This document shows, one piece after another, positions 35,483 through 44,208 of a DNA stretch of 59,954 bases. A model generated the notes under the pieces. That model was not told where the DNA came from, did not search any database, and saw only the letters and a list, made by a program, of their open reading frames with translations. Origin of the DNA: a virus (Duplodnaviria > Heunggongvirae > Uroviricota > Caudoviricetes); IMG/VR virus record IMGVR_UViG_3300035497_000275, positions 64,001-123,954 of that record; one strand, written 5' to 3'. Position 1 is the first letter of the stretch. The number at the start of each line of letters is the position of its first letter. Both the position numbers and the translations under genes were made by a program.

Positions 35483-36898
35483 ATGACAAGTGAAGAACGT
35501 AGACAAAAGAGATATGAACGGCGAAAGCAAAAGCGTGAAGAAAAGGCAAAAGCAATTTGTGATAAAACACTTGCTGAAGTTTACACATATGAAAATATGT
35601 TGAAAGATGGTGACAAGTGTTGTTTAGGCGTTGGTTGGAAAACTTCTACGATTAATTTTGAATCAACATTAATTACACAAGTTGATAGTTTGCAAGAAGA
35701 TGTTCTGAACGGAACATATAAGTTTAAAGGCTTTAAACACTTTAAGACAATTGAACATGGTAAGGAGCGTGACATTAACGCCCTTGTAATTCAAGATAGA
35801 TGTGTTCAAAAGTGTTATTGTGATGAAGTTATGACAGATGCCTATTCAAGATCATTTATCTATGATAATAGTGCAAGTTTGCCAGACAAAGGAATGGATA
35901 TGACTTTAAAACGTCTGGAGCAATTTTTGCATGAGCATTATAGAAAATATGGTTTGGAAGGAGGCATTTTCCAATTTGACTTTCATGGATATTTTGCTTC
36001 AATCCCATTAGATAAAGCAAAAGCAAGATTGAGAAAACATATTCATGACCCTGATTTGCAGAAATTGGGCTGTCAATTGATTGACGATTTCGTTCATTTA
36101 GGCGGAGTTGAACAAGATACCGATAATCCACACGGAGTTGGTTTAGGTAGTCAAGTATCACAAAATATTGCATTAGATTTTGCAAGTCCAATTGATCATT
36201 ATATCAAGGATAAACTTGGTATTCGTGGATACGCACGATATATGGATGATGGATATGTGATAAGTGATTCTCTTGAATTTTTGTACGAATTAAAAAGTTT
36301 CTTATATGACTTTGCTAAAGAATTAGGAATCGAAATGAACGAAAAGAAATGTATTGTTACGCCATTTAAGAATCATAGTTTCAAATTCTTAAAAATGCGG
36401 ATTCGTCTTGAGCCAAACGGCAAAGTAGTTATTAAAATGAGCAGAAATAGCATTAAAGCTATTCGGCGCAAATTAAGAATATTTCGTGGATGGGTCGATA
36501 CTGGTAAAATGAATTCTGAAGATGTAGTTACTTCTTATCAATCTTGGAGGTCACACGCTGGTAGATGTAACAGTTATAGAACCGTTCATTCAATGGATTT
36601 GTATTTTGTAAGTTTGTTTGAGAAAGAATTAGCAGAGCGTGATAAAAAGTTTAAATGCACTTTAGATGCAAGATGGAACTATGAAATCGGATGGTTTTAT
36701 TTTACATCAAAGAAAGAATGGGATGCAAAAATGAAAGAATTAGATGATACCAGATATCAGCGTTATATGGATGGTTTTATTCCATTGGTTGATCGTTGGG
36801 ATTATCGAATGAGTCATAGAAGCAAAGACGCTATGACATTTTCAATGTTGCGTGAAATTCGTGAAAGTTATAATGATAAGGAGGATGACAATGTATAG
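35483..36898 (+). CDS. DGR reverse transcriptase
   Basis: GKERDI, SFIYDNSAS, FDFHGYFASI, GVGLGSQVSQ, YARYMDD (YMDD at 36239-36250), FKFLK. Start taken at MTSEERR; the ORF is open from 35426. Confidence 0.95.
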   Translation: MTSEERRQKRYERRKQKREEKAKAICDKTLAEVYTYENMLKDGDKCCLGVGWKTSTINFESTLITQVDSLQEDVLNGTYKFKGFKHFKTIEHGKERDINALVIQDRCVQKCYCDEVMTDAYSRSFIYDNSASLPDKGMDMTLKRLEQFLHEHYRKYGLEGGIFQFDFHGYFASIPLDKAKARLRKHIHDPDLQKLGCQLIDDFVHLGGVEQDTDNPHGVGLGSQVSQNIALDFASPIDHYIKDKLGIRGYARYMDDGYVISDSLEFLYELKSFLYDFAKELGIEMNEKKCIVTPFKNHSFKFLKMRIRLEPNGKVVIKMSRNSIKAIRRKLRIFRGWVDTGKMNSEDVVTSYQSWRSHAGRCNSYRTVHSMDLYFVSLFEKELAERDKKFKCTLDARWNYEIGWFYFTSKKEWDAKMKELDDTRYQRYMDGFIPLVDRWDYRMSHRSKDAMTFSMLREIRESYNDKEDDNV

Positions 36899-37151
36899 AT
36901 TAATTTCTAATGGGAATGTCATTGGTGATTATGAAAAGGTTGTATTTACAAAGAAAAATCAGTCAAATGGCTGTTTTGTAGAGTGCAGCCAAGGTGAGGC
37001 CGATGGTGTTGTTGCTGGTGGAAAGGTTTATGCAATTACGAATTCTGACGATTACAAGGATTATGAACAAGTTGCTTTACTTCAATTAGATGGTGAAGTG
37101 GAGCGTTCTGCTGAACTTGATTATATCCGTGCTATGTCTGGATTGGTGTAA
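36891..37151 (+). CDS. Hypothetical protein (86 aa)
   Basis: SD AAGGAGG before ATG 36891, which overlaps the RT stop. Confidence 0.6.
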   Translation: MYRLISNGNVIGDYEKVVFTKKNQSNGCFVECSQGEADGVVAGGKVYAITNSDDYKDYEQVALLQLDGEVERSAELDYIRAMSGLV

Positions 37152-37163
37152 GGAGGTCTTGGA

Positions 37164-37775
37164 ATGACTGTACTGGAAATGATTCAAACTTATTTTCCTG
37201 CTGTTTGGAGCAAAGAACAGGTAAATGAGTTACTGACGAAGAATAAGATCACTGTGACGGATTATCTAACGGTGTTCCCGATTACAGAGGATAATCCTGT
37301 AACGGATGAAATGCGGACACTGTTTCGTACCAGTAAGTTGAATGAACTGCGGACGAATTGCAATGCCGCCATTGAAAGCGGTGTCGATGTGTCTACTTCC
37401 AACAGTGGTAAGGAAACAGAGCATTTTTCTCTGGATAGTTACGATCAGAATAACATCACCAATATGTTTTATTCTGTGATGGCTGGTATTGAGGAATATC
37501 CTTATCATGCGGATGGTAAGGAATGTACAACTTATACCAGAGCGGATATTATTGCGCTTTATGTAGCGGCTCAGACTGCTATCACCTATCATACGACTTA
37601 TAACAATATGCTTCGTGCATTGGTGAGTCGTACTGAAGATGTGGAGGAATTGGCTGCTATCACCTACGGGATGGATTTGCCTGAAGATTTGAGTGCTGTG
37701 ATGCAGACGAATATTCAGACGGCGCAAGAGCAGATTCAAAAGATTCTTGAAACTTTGGGCAATGCCGCAAATTAA
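37164..37775 (+). CDS. DUF4376-like protein (putative fibre assembly chaperone)
   Basis: CNAAIESGVDV...EHFSLDSYDQNNI...YHADGKEC...YHTTY pattern. Confidence 0.65.
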   Translation: MTVLEMIQTYFPAVWSKEQVNELLTKNKITVTDYLTVFPITEDNPVTDEMRTLFRTSKLNELRTNCNAAIESGVDVSTSNSGKETEHFSLDSYDQNNITNMFYSVMAGIEEYPYHADGKECTTYTRADIIALYVAAQTAITYHTTYNNMLRALVSRTEDVEELAAITYGMDLPEDLSAVMQTNIQTAQEQIQKILETLGNAAN

Positions 37776-37800
37776 ATAGTGAATGAAGGAGATTGTATAA

Positions 37801-38217
37801 ATGAAGCAATACAACACTTATATTGTAACCAATCGTTTTAAGGGCGTTTCTATTTGTGGTGATTTGAATTTGCCATATGGAACGGAATGTACAGTGAATG
37901 ATGGATTTATCATCTGTGATCGTGGTGTCGTGTGTGCTGTTACCAGTCAGAACGCATACGATTATTTTTCACAGAACGATGATGGCAACGCAAAGGAGCG
38001 TGGCAAACTGGTTCACAGCATCCGTAAAACATTGGAGAGATATACGAAATTTAATCCCAAAAAGAAGCAGGAAGTGTGGGATAAAATTTGGAATGATAAG
38101 ATTTGCCTGAAATACAAGCGTGAGGACTATGAAGATCATTGGCTGTGGAATTACGATTTCTACAACGCTGAATTGTATGATCTCCGATATATTGCGAAAC
38201 TTGTAGGCGCAAAGTAA
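37801..38217 (+). CDS. Hypothetical protein
   Basis: 138 aa, SD AAGGAG, Trp-rich C-terminus. Confidence 0.6.
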   Translation: MKQYNTYIVTNRFKGVSICGDLNLPYGTECTVNDGFIICDRGVVCAVTSQNAYDYFSQNDDGNAKERGKLVHSIRKTLERYTKFNPKKKQEVWDKIWNDKICLKYKREDYEDHWLWNYDFYNAELYDLRYIAKLVGAK

Positions 38218-38645
38218 TGAAACGAAAATTAAAATATTTGCTTAAAGAGATAGTGCTGCTGTTAATCGGCGGCACTATCTATTTTTGCATTGAAGTGTTA
38301 TGGCGTGGATATAGCCATATCTCAATGTTTTTTGTAGGCGGATTCTGCTTTGTTCTGATTGGTTTGATTAATGAGATTTTTCCTTGGGAATTAGGTCTTG
38401 TACAACAATCGTTAATCGGAGCGTTACTTACTACATTCGTTGAATTGATTTCAGGATTGATTCTCAATGTTTGGTTAGGACTTGGAATTTGGGATTATTC
38501 AAATTTGCCTTTTAATTTCATGGGGCAGATATGCTTACCATTTTTCTTTGCATGGATCGCTTTATCCTGCGTTGCGATCATTTTAGATGATTATTTGAGA
38601 TATTGGTTATTTCACGAGGAAAAGCCACATTATCAACTGGTCTAA
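38217..38645 (+). CDS. Small multi-pass membrane protein (putative ABC-permease/CmpB-like family)
   Basis: GGTIYFCIEVLWRGYSHISMFFVGG, VELISG, IWDYSNLPFNFMGQICL; about four hydrophobic segments. Confidence 0.7.
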   Translation: MKRKLKYLLKEIVLLLIGGTIYFCIEVLWRGYSHISMFFVGGFCFVLIGLINEIFPWELGLVQQSLIGALLTTFVELISGLILNVWLGLGIWDYSNLPFNFMGQICLPFFFAWIALSCVAIILDDYLRYWLFHEEKPHYQLV

Positions 38646-38659
38646 GGAGGTGTTGAATT

Positions 38660-40303
38660 TTGGCTTTAACTGGTACAACAAACGAACAAAAGATTTGGAA
38701 CTACTTCAAATCAAAAGGATTGAATAATTACGGAATCGCAGGAATTATGGGCAATCTGTACGCTGAAAGCGGATTGATGCCAAATAATCTGCAAAACACA
38801 GGAAATAAGAAATTAGGCATGACAGATGATGAATATGTCAAGGCTGTTGATTATGGCACTTATACAAACTTCGTGAAAGATTCGCAAGGTTTTGGTATTG
38901 CCCAATGGACTTATTGGAGTCGTAAGCAAAATCTTTATAATTACGCAAAATCAAAATCTAAGTCAATTGGAGATTTGGAAATGCAGCTTGATTTTCTTTA
39001 CAGTGAATTAAGCAGCGGCTATTCATCTGTGCTTGCAACATTGAAGTCCGCAACTTCTGTGTTACAGGCTTCTAATGCTGTTCTGTTGAATTTTGAAAGG
39101 CCAGCAGATCAAAGCACATCAGTTCAAAATAAACGGGCAAGTTACGGACAGTCTTATTATGACAAGTTCGCCACGTCCACACAAACTGTAACAACTGCCG
39201 TTGTACAGACAGCGAATGGAGGAAAAATGACTAATACTGAATTAATTAAGAAACTGCAAAATATTGTAGATAATTATAAAACTCTCTATGTGATGGGATG
39301 TTTTGGCGCACCGCTGACTGGAAGTAATGTTTCTCGTTATTGCACTAATCATGTGTATAATAAGCAGTCTGCCCGTACCGCTATGATCAAGGCCGCTGCG
39401 AACCAGAATCCGCCTGTTTATGGTTTTGACTGTGTAAATATGATCAAGGGAATTTTGTGGGGCTGGACTGGTGACGCTTCAAAGACTTATGGCGGCGCAC
39501 AATATGCAATCAATGGTGTCCCGGATATTAGTGCTGATGGAATGATCACAAAATGCTTGAATGTGTCCACGGACTTTTCAAACATCGTTCCCGGCGAAGC
39601 TGTGTGGATGACAGGTCATATCGGTGTTTATATTGGGGATGGCAAGGTCATTGAGTGTTCTCCCGCTTTTAAGAATTGTGTTCAAGTTACTGCTTGCTGG
39701 AATGTGAAGAAGATTTCTGGCATGAATGGTCGTACTTGGACAAAGCACGGTAAACTCCCTTATATTACATACACCAGCACAACAACTACTTCTACTGCTG
39801 CGACAGCGACACAGAGTACGGCAACCGCTGTTTCCGGGCAATATAAGGTCAACACCACATCACAGCCGTTAAATTGTCGTAGTACGCCGAATGGTACGAT
39901 CATCGGGCAATTTAAAAAAGGGGCAATCGTTACCGCAACACAGCAGAGTGGAAACTGGATGTATGTTTCTGATGGCACACTCACTGGTTGGGCTTCTAAG
40001 GATTATCTTTTGCTGATTGACGCAAAGCAAGCAATCACTACCCTTGTCAGCAAAGGCATTATCAATACGCCTGATTATTGGACTCAGCATTATAAGGATT
40101 TGAATAGTCTGGATCGGCTTCTGGTCATTATGGCCTCTACTACAACAAAGACTACTGCCGGGACTTCTATCACAACTGCGGAACAGGCACTTGATCTGAT
40201 GACGAAAAAGGGTCTGATTAATTCCCCGGATTATTGGAAGGCAAATTATAGCAAGGTGAACTATCTTGGAACATTATTGATCAAATTCGCAAATTCTTTA
40301 TAA
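38660..40303 (+). CDS. Multidomain endolysin: phage lysozyme-like + Cys/His peptidase (CHAP/NlpC-like) + SH3 + two C-terminal repeats
   Basis: GIMGNLYAESG/GIAQWT/FERPA; FDCVNMIKG and GHIGVYIG; LNCRSTP...GWASKDYL; 2x KG.IN.PDYW. Confidence 0.85.
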   Translation: MALTGTTNEQKIWNYFKSKGLNNYGIAGIMGNLYAESGLMPNNLQNTGNKKLGMTDDEYVKAVDYGTYTNFVKDSQGFGIAQWTYWSRKQNLYNYAKSKSKSIGDLEMQLDFLYSELSSGYSSVLATLKSATSVLQASNAVLLNFERPADQSTSVQNKRASYGQSYYDKFATSTQTVTTAVVQTANGGKMTNTELIKKLQNIVDNYKTLYVMGCFGAPLTGSNVSRYCTNHVYNKQSARTAMIKAAANQNPPVYGFDCVNMIKGILWGWTGDASKTYGGAQYAINGVPDISADGMITKCLNVSTDFSNIVPGEAVWMTGHIGVYIGDGKVIECSPAFKNCVQVTACWNVKKISGMNGRTWTKHGKLPYITYTSTTTTSTAATATQSTATAVSGQYKVNTTSQPLNCRSTPNGTIIGQFKKGAIVTATQQSGNWMYVSDGTLTGWASKDYLLLIDAKQAITTLVSKGIINTPDYWTQHYKDLNSLDRLLVIMASTTTKTTAGTSITTAEQALDLMTKKGLINSPDYWKANYSKVNYLGTLLIKFANSL

Positions 40304-40307
40304 GGTC

Positions 40308-40610
40308 GTGATGATGATGGGAAATACAACGACAACACAAAAACGTAAAACACGAAAGAAAAAGAAGAAAAGTATTACATCTTCAAAGTTAGTTACTTAT
40401 TCTTTCGTGATTATGTTCGTCATTGCATTTGTAGTCGGAACGAAAGTTGTTTTAGTCGATACCTCTCAATTGTATGGATACCTTACATTTGTTGGTGCGC
40501 CAGTTGCAATTATCATTCCGTCTTACTTGAGTAAATCAAAATCTGAGAACACCAAGGGCGGTATTGTATATGAAACTGCAATGCAGGAAATGTCTGATGG
40601 TGTCGGATAA
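40308..40610 (+). CDS. Two-TM membrane protein (holin-like)
   Basis: Basic N-terminus, two hydrophobic segments, lysis-cassette position. Confidence 0.55.
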   Translation: MMMMGNTTTTQKRKTRKKKKKSITSSKLVTYSFVIMFVIAFVVGTKVVLVDTSQLYGYLTFVGAPVAIIIPSYLSKSKSENTKGGIVYETAMQEMSDGVG

Positions 40611-40621
40611 GGAGGAACACT

Positions 40622-40984
40622 ATGGAGTTTCTTATTGAAAATTGGTACATGATTGTATTGATTCTTGTTTTTATTGGCGGAGGTACTGTTTCGGTTATTA
40701 AATTCCGTAAACTTACAAAGATAGAGCGTTATAATCAGATTCAAGGTTGGCTTCTGCAAGCTGTTTTGATTGCGGAGCGTGATTTTGGTTCTGGAACAGG
40801 CAAATTGAAATTATCCTCTGTATATGATAAATTCTGTGAGCGATTCCCGTGGCTTGCGAAAATTATCTCGTTCTCAACATTCAGTGGATATGTGGACGAT
40901 GCACTTGATGAAATGAAAAAGGTTTTGGAACAGAATAATGCGATTGCTTCTATTGTTGAACCGGACAGCACCTCTACTATATAA
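40622..40984 (+). CDS. Putative holin (LL-H-like)
   Basis: N-terminal TM; AVLIAERDFGSGTGKLKL motif. Confidence 0.65.
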   Translation: MEFLIENWYMIVLILVFIGGGTVSVIKFRKLTKIERYNQIQGWLLQAVLIAERDFGSGTGKLKLSSVYDKFCERFPWLAKIISFSTFSGYVDDALDEMKKVLEQNNAIASIVEPDSTSTI

Positions 40985-41010
40985 TTTTTATGAAAGAGTG
41001 GTGATCGGTT

Positions 41011-41382
41011 ATGAGTGAACTTGCGCTGAATGAACGGGTGGCAAGACTGGAAATTGACGTAGAGAATGTACATGGTGAAATGCGTGAACTAAAGAAGCAG
41101 AATCAGGCTATTTACAAAATCGCTACGTCAGTGGAGTTGATGGCAAAAGACCTTCAAGGCTTGAAATCTGATGTTGGAGAAATTCGGGACAAGCAGAACA
41201 GTTTAAGCAGCAAAATGGATCAGGAAATTGGGCGTGTGAAAGATCGTATTGAGACTGTCGATGAAAAGGACGGGAAACGTGCATTGAAGTTCCTTTCCTC
41301 TATGGGGGAGAAACTGGCATGGTTGGTCATCGGTGCGATTGCGGCGTACTTCCTGTATGCGGCGTTCCCATTTCTGAAATAA
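41011..41382 (+). CDS. Coiled-coil protein with C-terminal TM (XhlA/hemolysin-like lysis accessory)
   Basis: Heptad N-terminal region and hydrophobic C-terminus WLVIGAIAAYFLY. Confidence 0.55.
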   Translation: MSELALNERVARLEIDVENVHGEMRELKKQNQAIYKIATSVELMAKDLQGLKSDVGEIRDKQNSLSSKMDQEIGRVKDRIETVDEKDGKRALKFLSSMGEKLAWLVIGAIAAYFLYAAFPFLK

Positions 41383-41387
41383 GTATG

Positions 41388-41428
41388 ATAGGGATAGGTT
41401 GGTTTATACCAGTCTATCCCTATTTTTT
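41388..41428 (+). terminator. Terminator of the late/lysis operon
   Basis: ATAGGGATAGGTTGG-tttata-CCAGTCTATCCCTAT followed by TTTTT. Confidence 0.8.
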
Positions 41429-41544
41429 ACGGATAGTCTGTCAGGCTATTGGAGCCGATTTAAGGGGTGGTTTTGATGGGTAGTATCTTTTCACCTGTTG
41501 GACAGTCAAGACCACTGTGCGAGGACGTAGGGCGGCACATTTGC

Positions 41545-41578
41545 AAAAAAGAAAGAGTAGCCGTTTTTCGGCTACTCT
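41545..41578 (-). terminator. Leftward terminator downstream of int, on the far side of the attP-like region
   Basis: Perfect 10-bp stem AGAGTAGCCG/CGGCTACTCT, followed on the - strand by TTCTTTTTT. Confidence 0.78.
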
Positions 41579-41589
41579 CTCAAGGGCTT

Positions 41590-41940
41590 CATTGTTGCAA
41601 ATCACAATTTCTTCCAGTCAAATGAGTTTTAGTAAATCTTTAGTACGGGATTTTTTAAGCCCCAAAAAAGCACATCATATTGTGTTCAAAACCAATCGAA
41701 CCGCTATATCTTGTGTTTCCTCAGTCCAACGGCTTCATCGTGGGGAATTCCCCAACATGATTTTTCAGCCCATAAAAACCGCAATATCTTGTATTGCGGA
41801 ACGAATCACTGTACAACATATAGTCACCTCTTGACATACCCAAAACGCTTTTTCTTAAATCTTCTTAGTTTTTCTTAGTTGGACAACTTCAGTTTTTGCA
41901 AAATTTTTAGTAAATTTGCAAATCCCAATTTTAGCAAATC
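41590..41940. other. Putative attP region with arm-type repeats
   Basis: Non-coding gap next to the int 3' end; TTTTAGTAAAT at 41627 and 41905, TTTTAGCAAAT at 41929; AACCGC(T/A)ATATCTTGT at 41699 and 41777. Core site not identified. Confidence 0.55.
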
Positions 41941-43202
41941 TTGATCTTGCCTTCCAACTCTGCGAAAGATTTCTGCTTCTTGTCCATCGTGGCCTCGTTG
42001 TAAATGTCCATAGTCGTGGTAATGTCTGCGTGTCCCATGATCTCCTGAATGACCTTCAGGTTGGTTTCATTCTCACAGAACCGGGTGCAGAACGTGTGCC
42101 GCAAATTGTGGACAGAAAAATGGGGCAGCAACAACGGCTTTCTGTGTTCTTTCTTTGCCAGAACTTTTTCTTCGGCATTGTAGTCTCTGATGATACGCTC
42201 AATCGCCCTATTGATATTGTGAGCAGTCAGCACGTCCCCGTAGCGATTGGAAAAGATGAATCCAGAATAGCCGTCAACCTCAGTCTGGTTGAAGCCTTCC
42301 TTCATCTGCCTGACACGCTCATCAAGAAGTGCTTTGCGAACCTCTTGCAGCATGGGAATCTGACGAATACCAGCTTGTGTCTTAGGTGTCGTAACATGAT
42401 ATGTGGACGTTCTCGACACCGAATCTGGATAGTAAGTCAAATTGTGTTGGATCGTGATAATGTTGGTGCTGAAATCACAATCCTCCCAAAGCAATCCGCA
42501 CACCTCACCGACACGGCATCCAGTTCCAAGGAACACTGTGAACAAGTTCAACCAGTGTTTATATGTCTTGCTGGATGCAATATAATTGATGAAAGCGGAC
42601 TGCTGACCTACTGTTAAAGCGTGTCTTTTTTTCTTCTCCCAATCATGGGTTTTCTTAATCTCGGCAAGCGCACCATCCGTAGGATTTATACGGATATAAC
42701 CGTCCTGAACTGCCCTTGCAAAAATAGGATGCAGAATTGTTTGATACGTTTCTACACTCCTTGGGCTAAAATTCAGTTCGTCAATCAAATAGTTATAAAA
42801 CCTAATGATTGTGGTGTACTTTATGTCAGGTATTTTCCTCAAGCCAAGATCGTTGCGTATATGTCTATCATAACAATAGATATAGTTGGAACGGGTGGTA
42901 TCCTTCAGATATTTCTTTCCTGAAATAAATTCATCCCAAAAGGCATTCAGGGTCAAATTTTTTGCCTTGAAAGTGTCAATATCGTCCTGAATATCCTTTG
43001 CGATTTCCTTTTCCAGTTCCCGCAAGCACTTACCGGGTTTCCTGCCTTTGGGAGTCCTATCCGTCTGCGTCAATGTCCAACTATATACGAAACGTGCTTC
43101 ACCCTTATTGTCGGTATACCGATACATATATCGACCATCAGGCTTTTGATACTCCCCCTTTCCAAGTAGGCGATTTTTGGTATCACGTCTTTCTTTTGCC
43201 AT
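41931..43202 (-). CDS. int: Tyrosine integrase, Tn916-type
   Basis: N-terminal arm-binding RRDTKNRLLGKGEYQKPDGRYMYRY; catalytic GCRVGE, HNLRHTF, GHADITTTMDIY. Confidence 0.93.
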   Translation of the reverse strand: MAKERRDTKNRLLGKGEYQKPDGRYMYRYTDNKGEARFVYSWTLTQTDRTPKGRKPGKCLRELEKEIAKDIQDDIDTFKAKNLTLNAFWDEFISGKKYLKDTTRSNYIYCYDRHIRNDLGLRKIPDIKYTTIIRFYNYLIDELNFSPRSVETYQTILHPIFARAVQDGYIRINPTDGALAEIKKTHDWEKKKRHALTVGQQSAFINYIASSKTYKHWLNLFTVFLGTGCRVGEVCGLLWEDCDFSTNIITIQHNLTYYPDSVSRTSTYHVTTPKTQAGIRQIPMLQEVRKALLDERVRQMKEGFNQTEVDGYSGFIFSNRYGDVLTAHNINRAIERIIRDYNAEEKVLAKKEHRKPLLLPHFSVHNLRHTFCTRFCENETNLKVIQEIMGHADITTTMDIYNEATMDKKQKSFAELEGKIKIC

Positions 43203-43249
43203 ATAACGTCCTTTCTGACAAGAAGAAAAACTGATAATTTGCAATTTAA

Positions 43250-43278
43250 ATTATACAAACTCCATTTCTAATTGTCAA
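43250..43278 (-). promoter_or_regulatory. Consensus promoter for int
   Basis: - strand TTGACA-17 nt-TATAAT, between xis and int. Confidence 0.85.
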
Positions 43279-43320
43279 CTGTAATTTTTGAATTGTGATT
43301 TTGTTTAATGAAAATTTACA

Positions 43321-43536
43321 TTATAAGTCGCTTTGTGAAAGTACCCATTTTTCAAAAGGCTCTCTTTTAATGCGTGTCCATTGACCAACACGAAGAATCC
43401 AATCAAGTCTTTTTTCACATTTATCAATATCAATAATTTGTCGAAGTCGATTTTCGCCAATCATCGAATATTCAGCAGCTTCTTCAATTGAAATACACAG
43501 TCTTTGATTATATGGGATTTCATATGTTTTGCTCAT
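43321..43536 (-). CDS. xis: Excisionase (Tn916 Xis-like)
   Basis: 71 aa; ISIEEAAEYSMIGENRLRQII...IKREPFEKW winged-helix pattern next to int. Confidence 0.85.
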   Translation of the reverse strand: MSKTYEIPYNQRLCISIEEAAEYSMIGENRLRQIIDIDKCEKRLDWILRVGQWTRIKREPFEKWVLSQSDL

Positions 43537-43553
43537 ATATTATCTCCTTATGT

Positions 43554-43584
43554 AAAATGGCGGCAAGGAATTACCTCACCGCCA
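43554..43584 (-). terminator. Leftward terminator-like hairpin upstream of xis
   Basis: - strand TGGCGGTGAGG-taatt-CCTTGCCGCCA-TTTT. Confidence 0.6.
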
Positions 43585-43610
43585 CTTTCGTTCTGCGGTA
43601 CATCCCGCAT

Positions 43611-43820
43611 TTATGAATTAATATCTCTTACATTAACCTTTGTCATCATATGCGGACAATTAATTGAAACGCTAATTTCAGAATTCTTTAAATTCTTAAA
43701 ACTCTCTCCATCCGTAGTATAGGTGACTTCACCAACAGCTTTGCAAGCATTAATATATTGTTGTTTATAAGAACAAATTCCATCATGTAGACAGCAATTA
43801 CATTTTTGACTAACAATCAT
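43611..43820 (-). CDS. Small Cys-rich hypothetical protein
   Basis: CNCCLHDGIC...C...CPH, 69 aa. Confidence 0.55.
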   Translation of the reverse strand: MIVSQKCNCCLHDGICSYKQQYINACKAVGEVTYTTDGESFKNLKNSEISVSINCPHMMTKVNVRDINS

Positions 43821-43848
43821 TGGTTTTCTCTCTTTCTTTTATATATGG

Positions 43849-44208
43849 TTATTTTGCATCTTCTTTCAGCGATTCTAAAAGAACGGAACTATCAAGCCAG
43901 ATATCCTTATACGGATGACCAATGGCAATGATCTTGTCACCAATTCTTCCTTCACCAGAAAATTTTACACGGACGATTTTCCCGATTACATCATTATCGC
44001 TCATTGCGTAATATTCCAGAATTTTCATCAATGTCGTTACCCAAGTTGACGCTGCATTTCCTTTTAAAAAGAATCCGCCAAAAGAACAGTTCCACTTGTC
44101 ACCTTCAAGCATGATCCATTGTGTCAACCCACGTTCACGATCCCATCTGAGGCCAGTAATCTTTGCGTTCATGATTTTCATGCGAATTTCCTCATTTCCA
44201 TCAATCAA
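43849..44208 (-). CDS. Hypothetical protein
   Basis: 119 aa, coupled to the dut stop. Confidence 0.55.
   Translation of the reverse strand: MIDGNEEIRMKIMNAKITGLRWDRERGLTQWIMLEGDKWNCSFGGFFLKGNAASTWVTTLMKILEYYAMSDNDVIGKIVRVKFSGEGRIGDKIIAIGHPYKDIWLDSSVLLESLKEDAK

Larger units (their letters stand above)
32108..36898 (+). mobile_element. Diversity-generating retroelement cassette (target-VR, hairpin, avd, TR, spacer, RT)
   Basis: All canonical components in canonical order; 117-bp VR/TR repeat pair; DGR-class RT. Confidence 0.95.

Noticed and set aside
36761-36775. RYMDG as a second RT active site
   Set aside because: It lacks the second Asp and the surrounding palm motifs; kept only as part of the extension finding.
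41916-42617. 233-aa + strand ORF antisense to int
   Set aside because: Overlaps the conserved catalytic domain on the opposite strand; no start signals.
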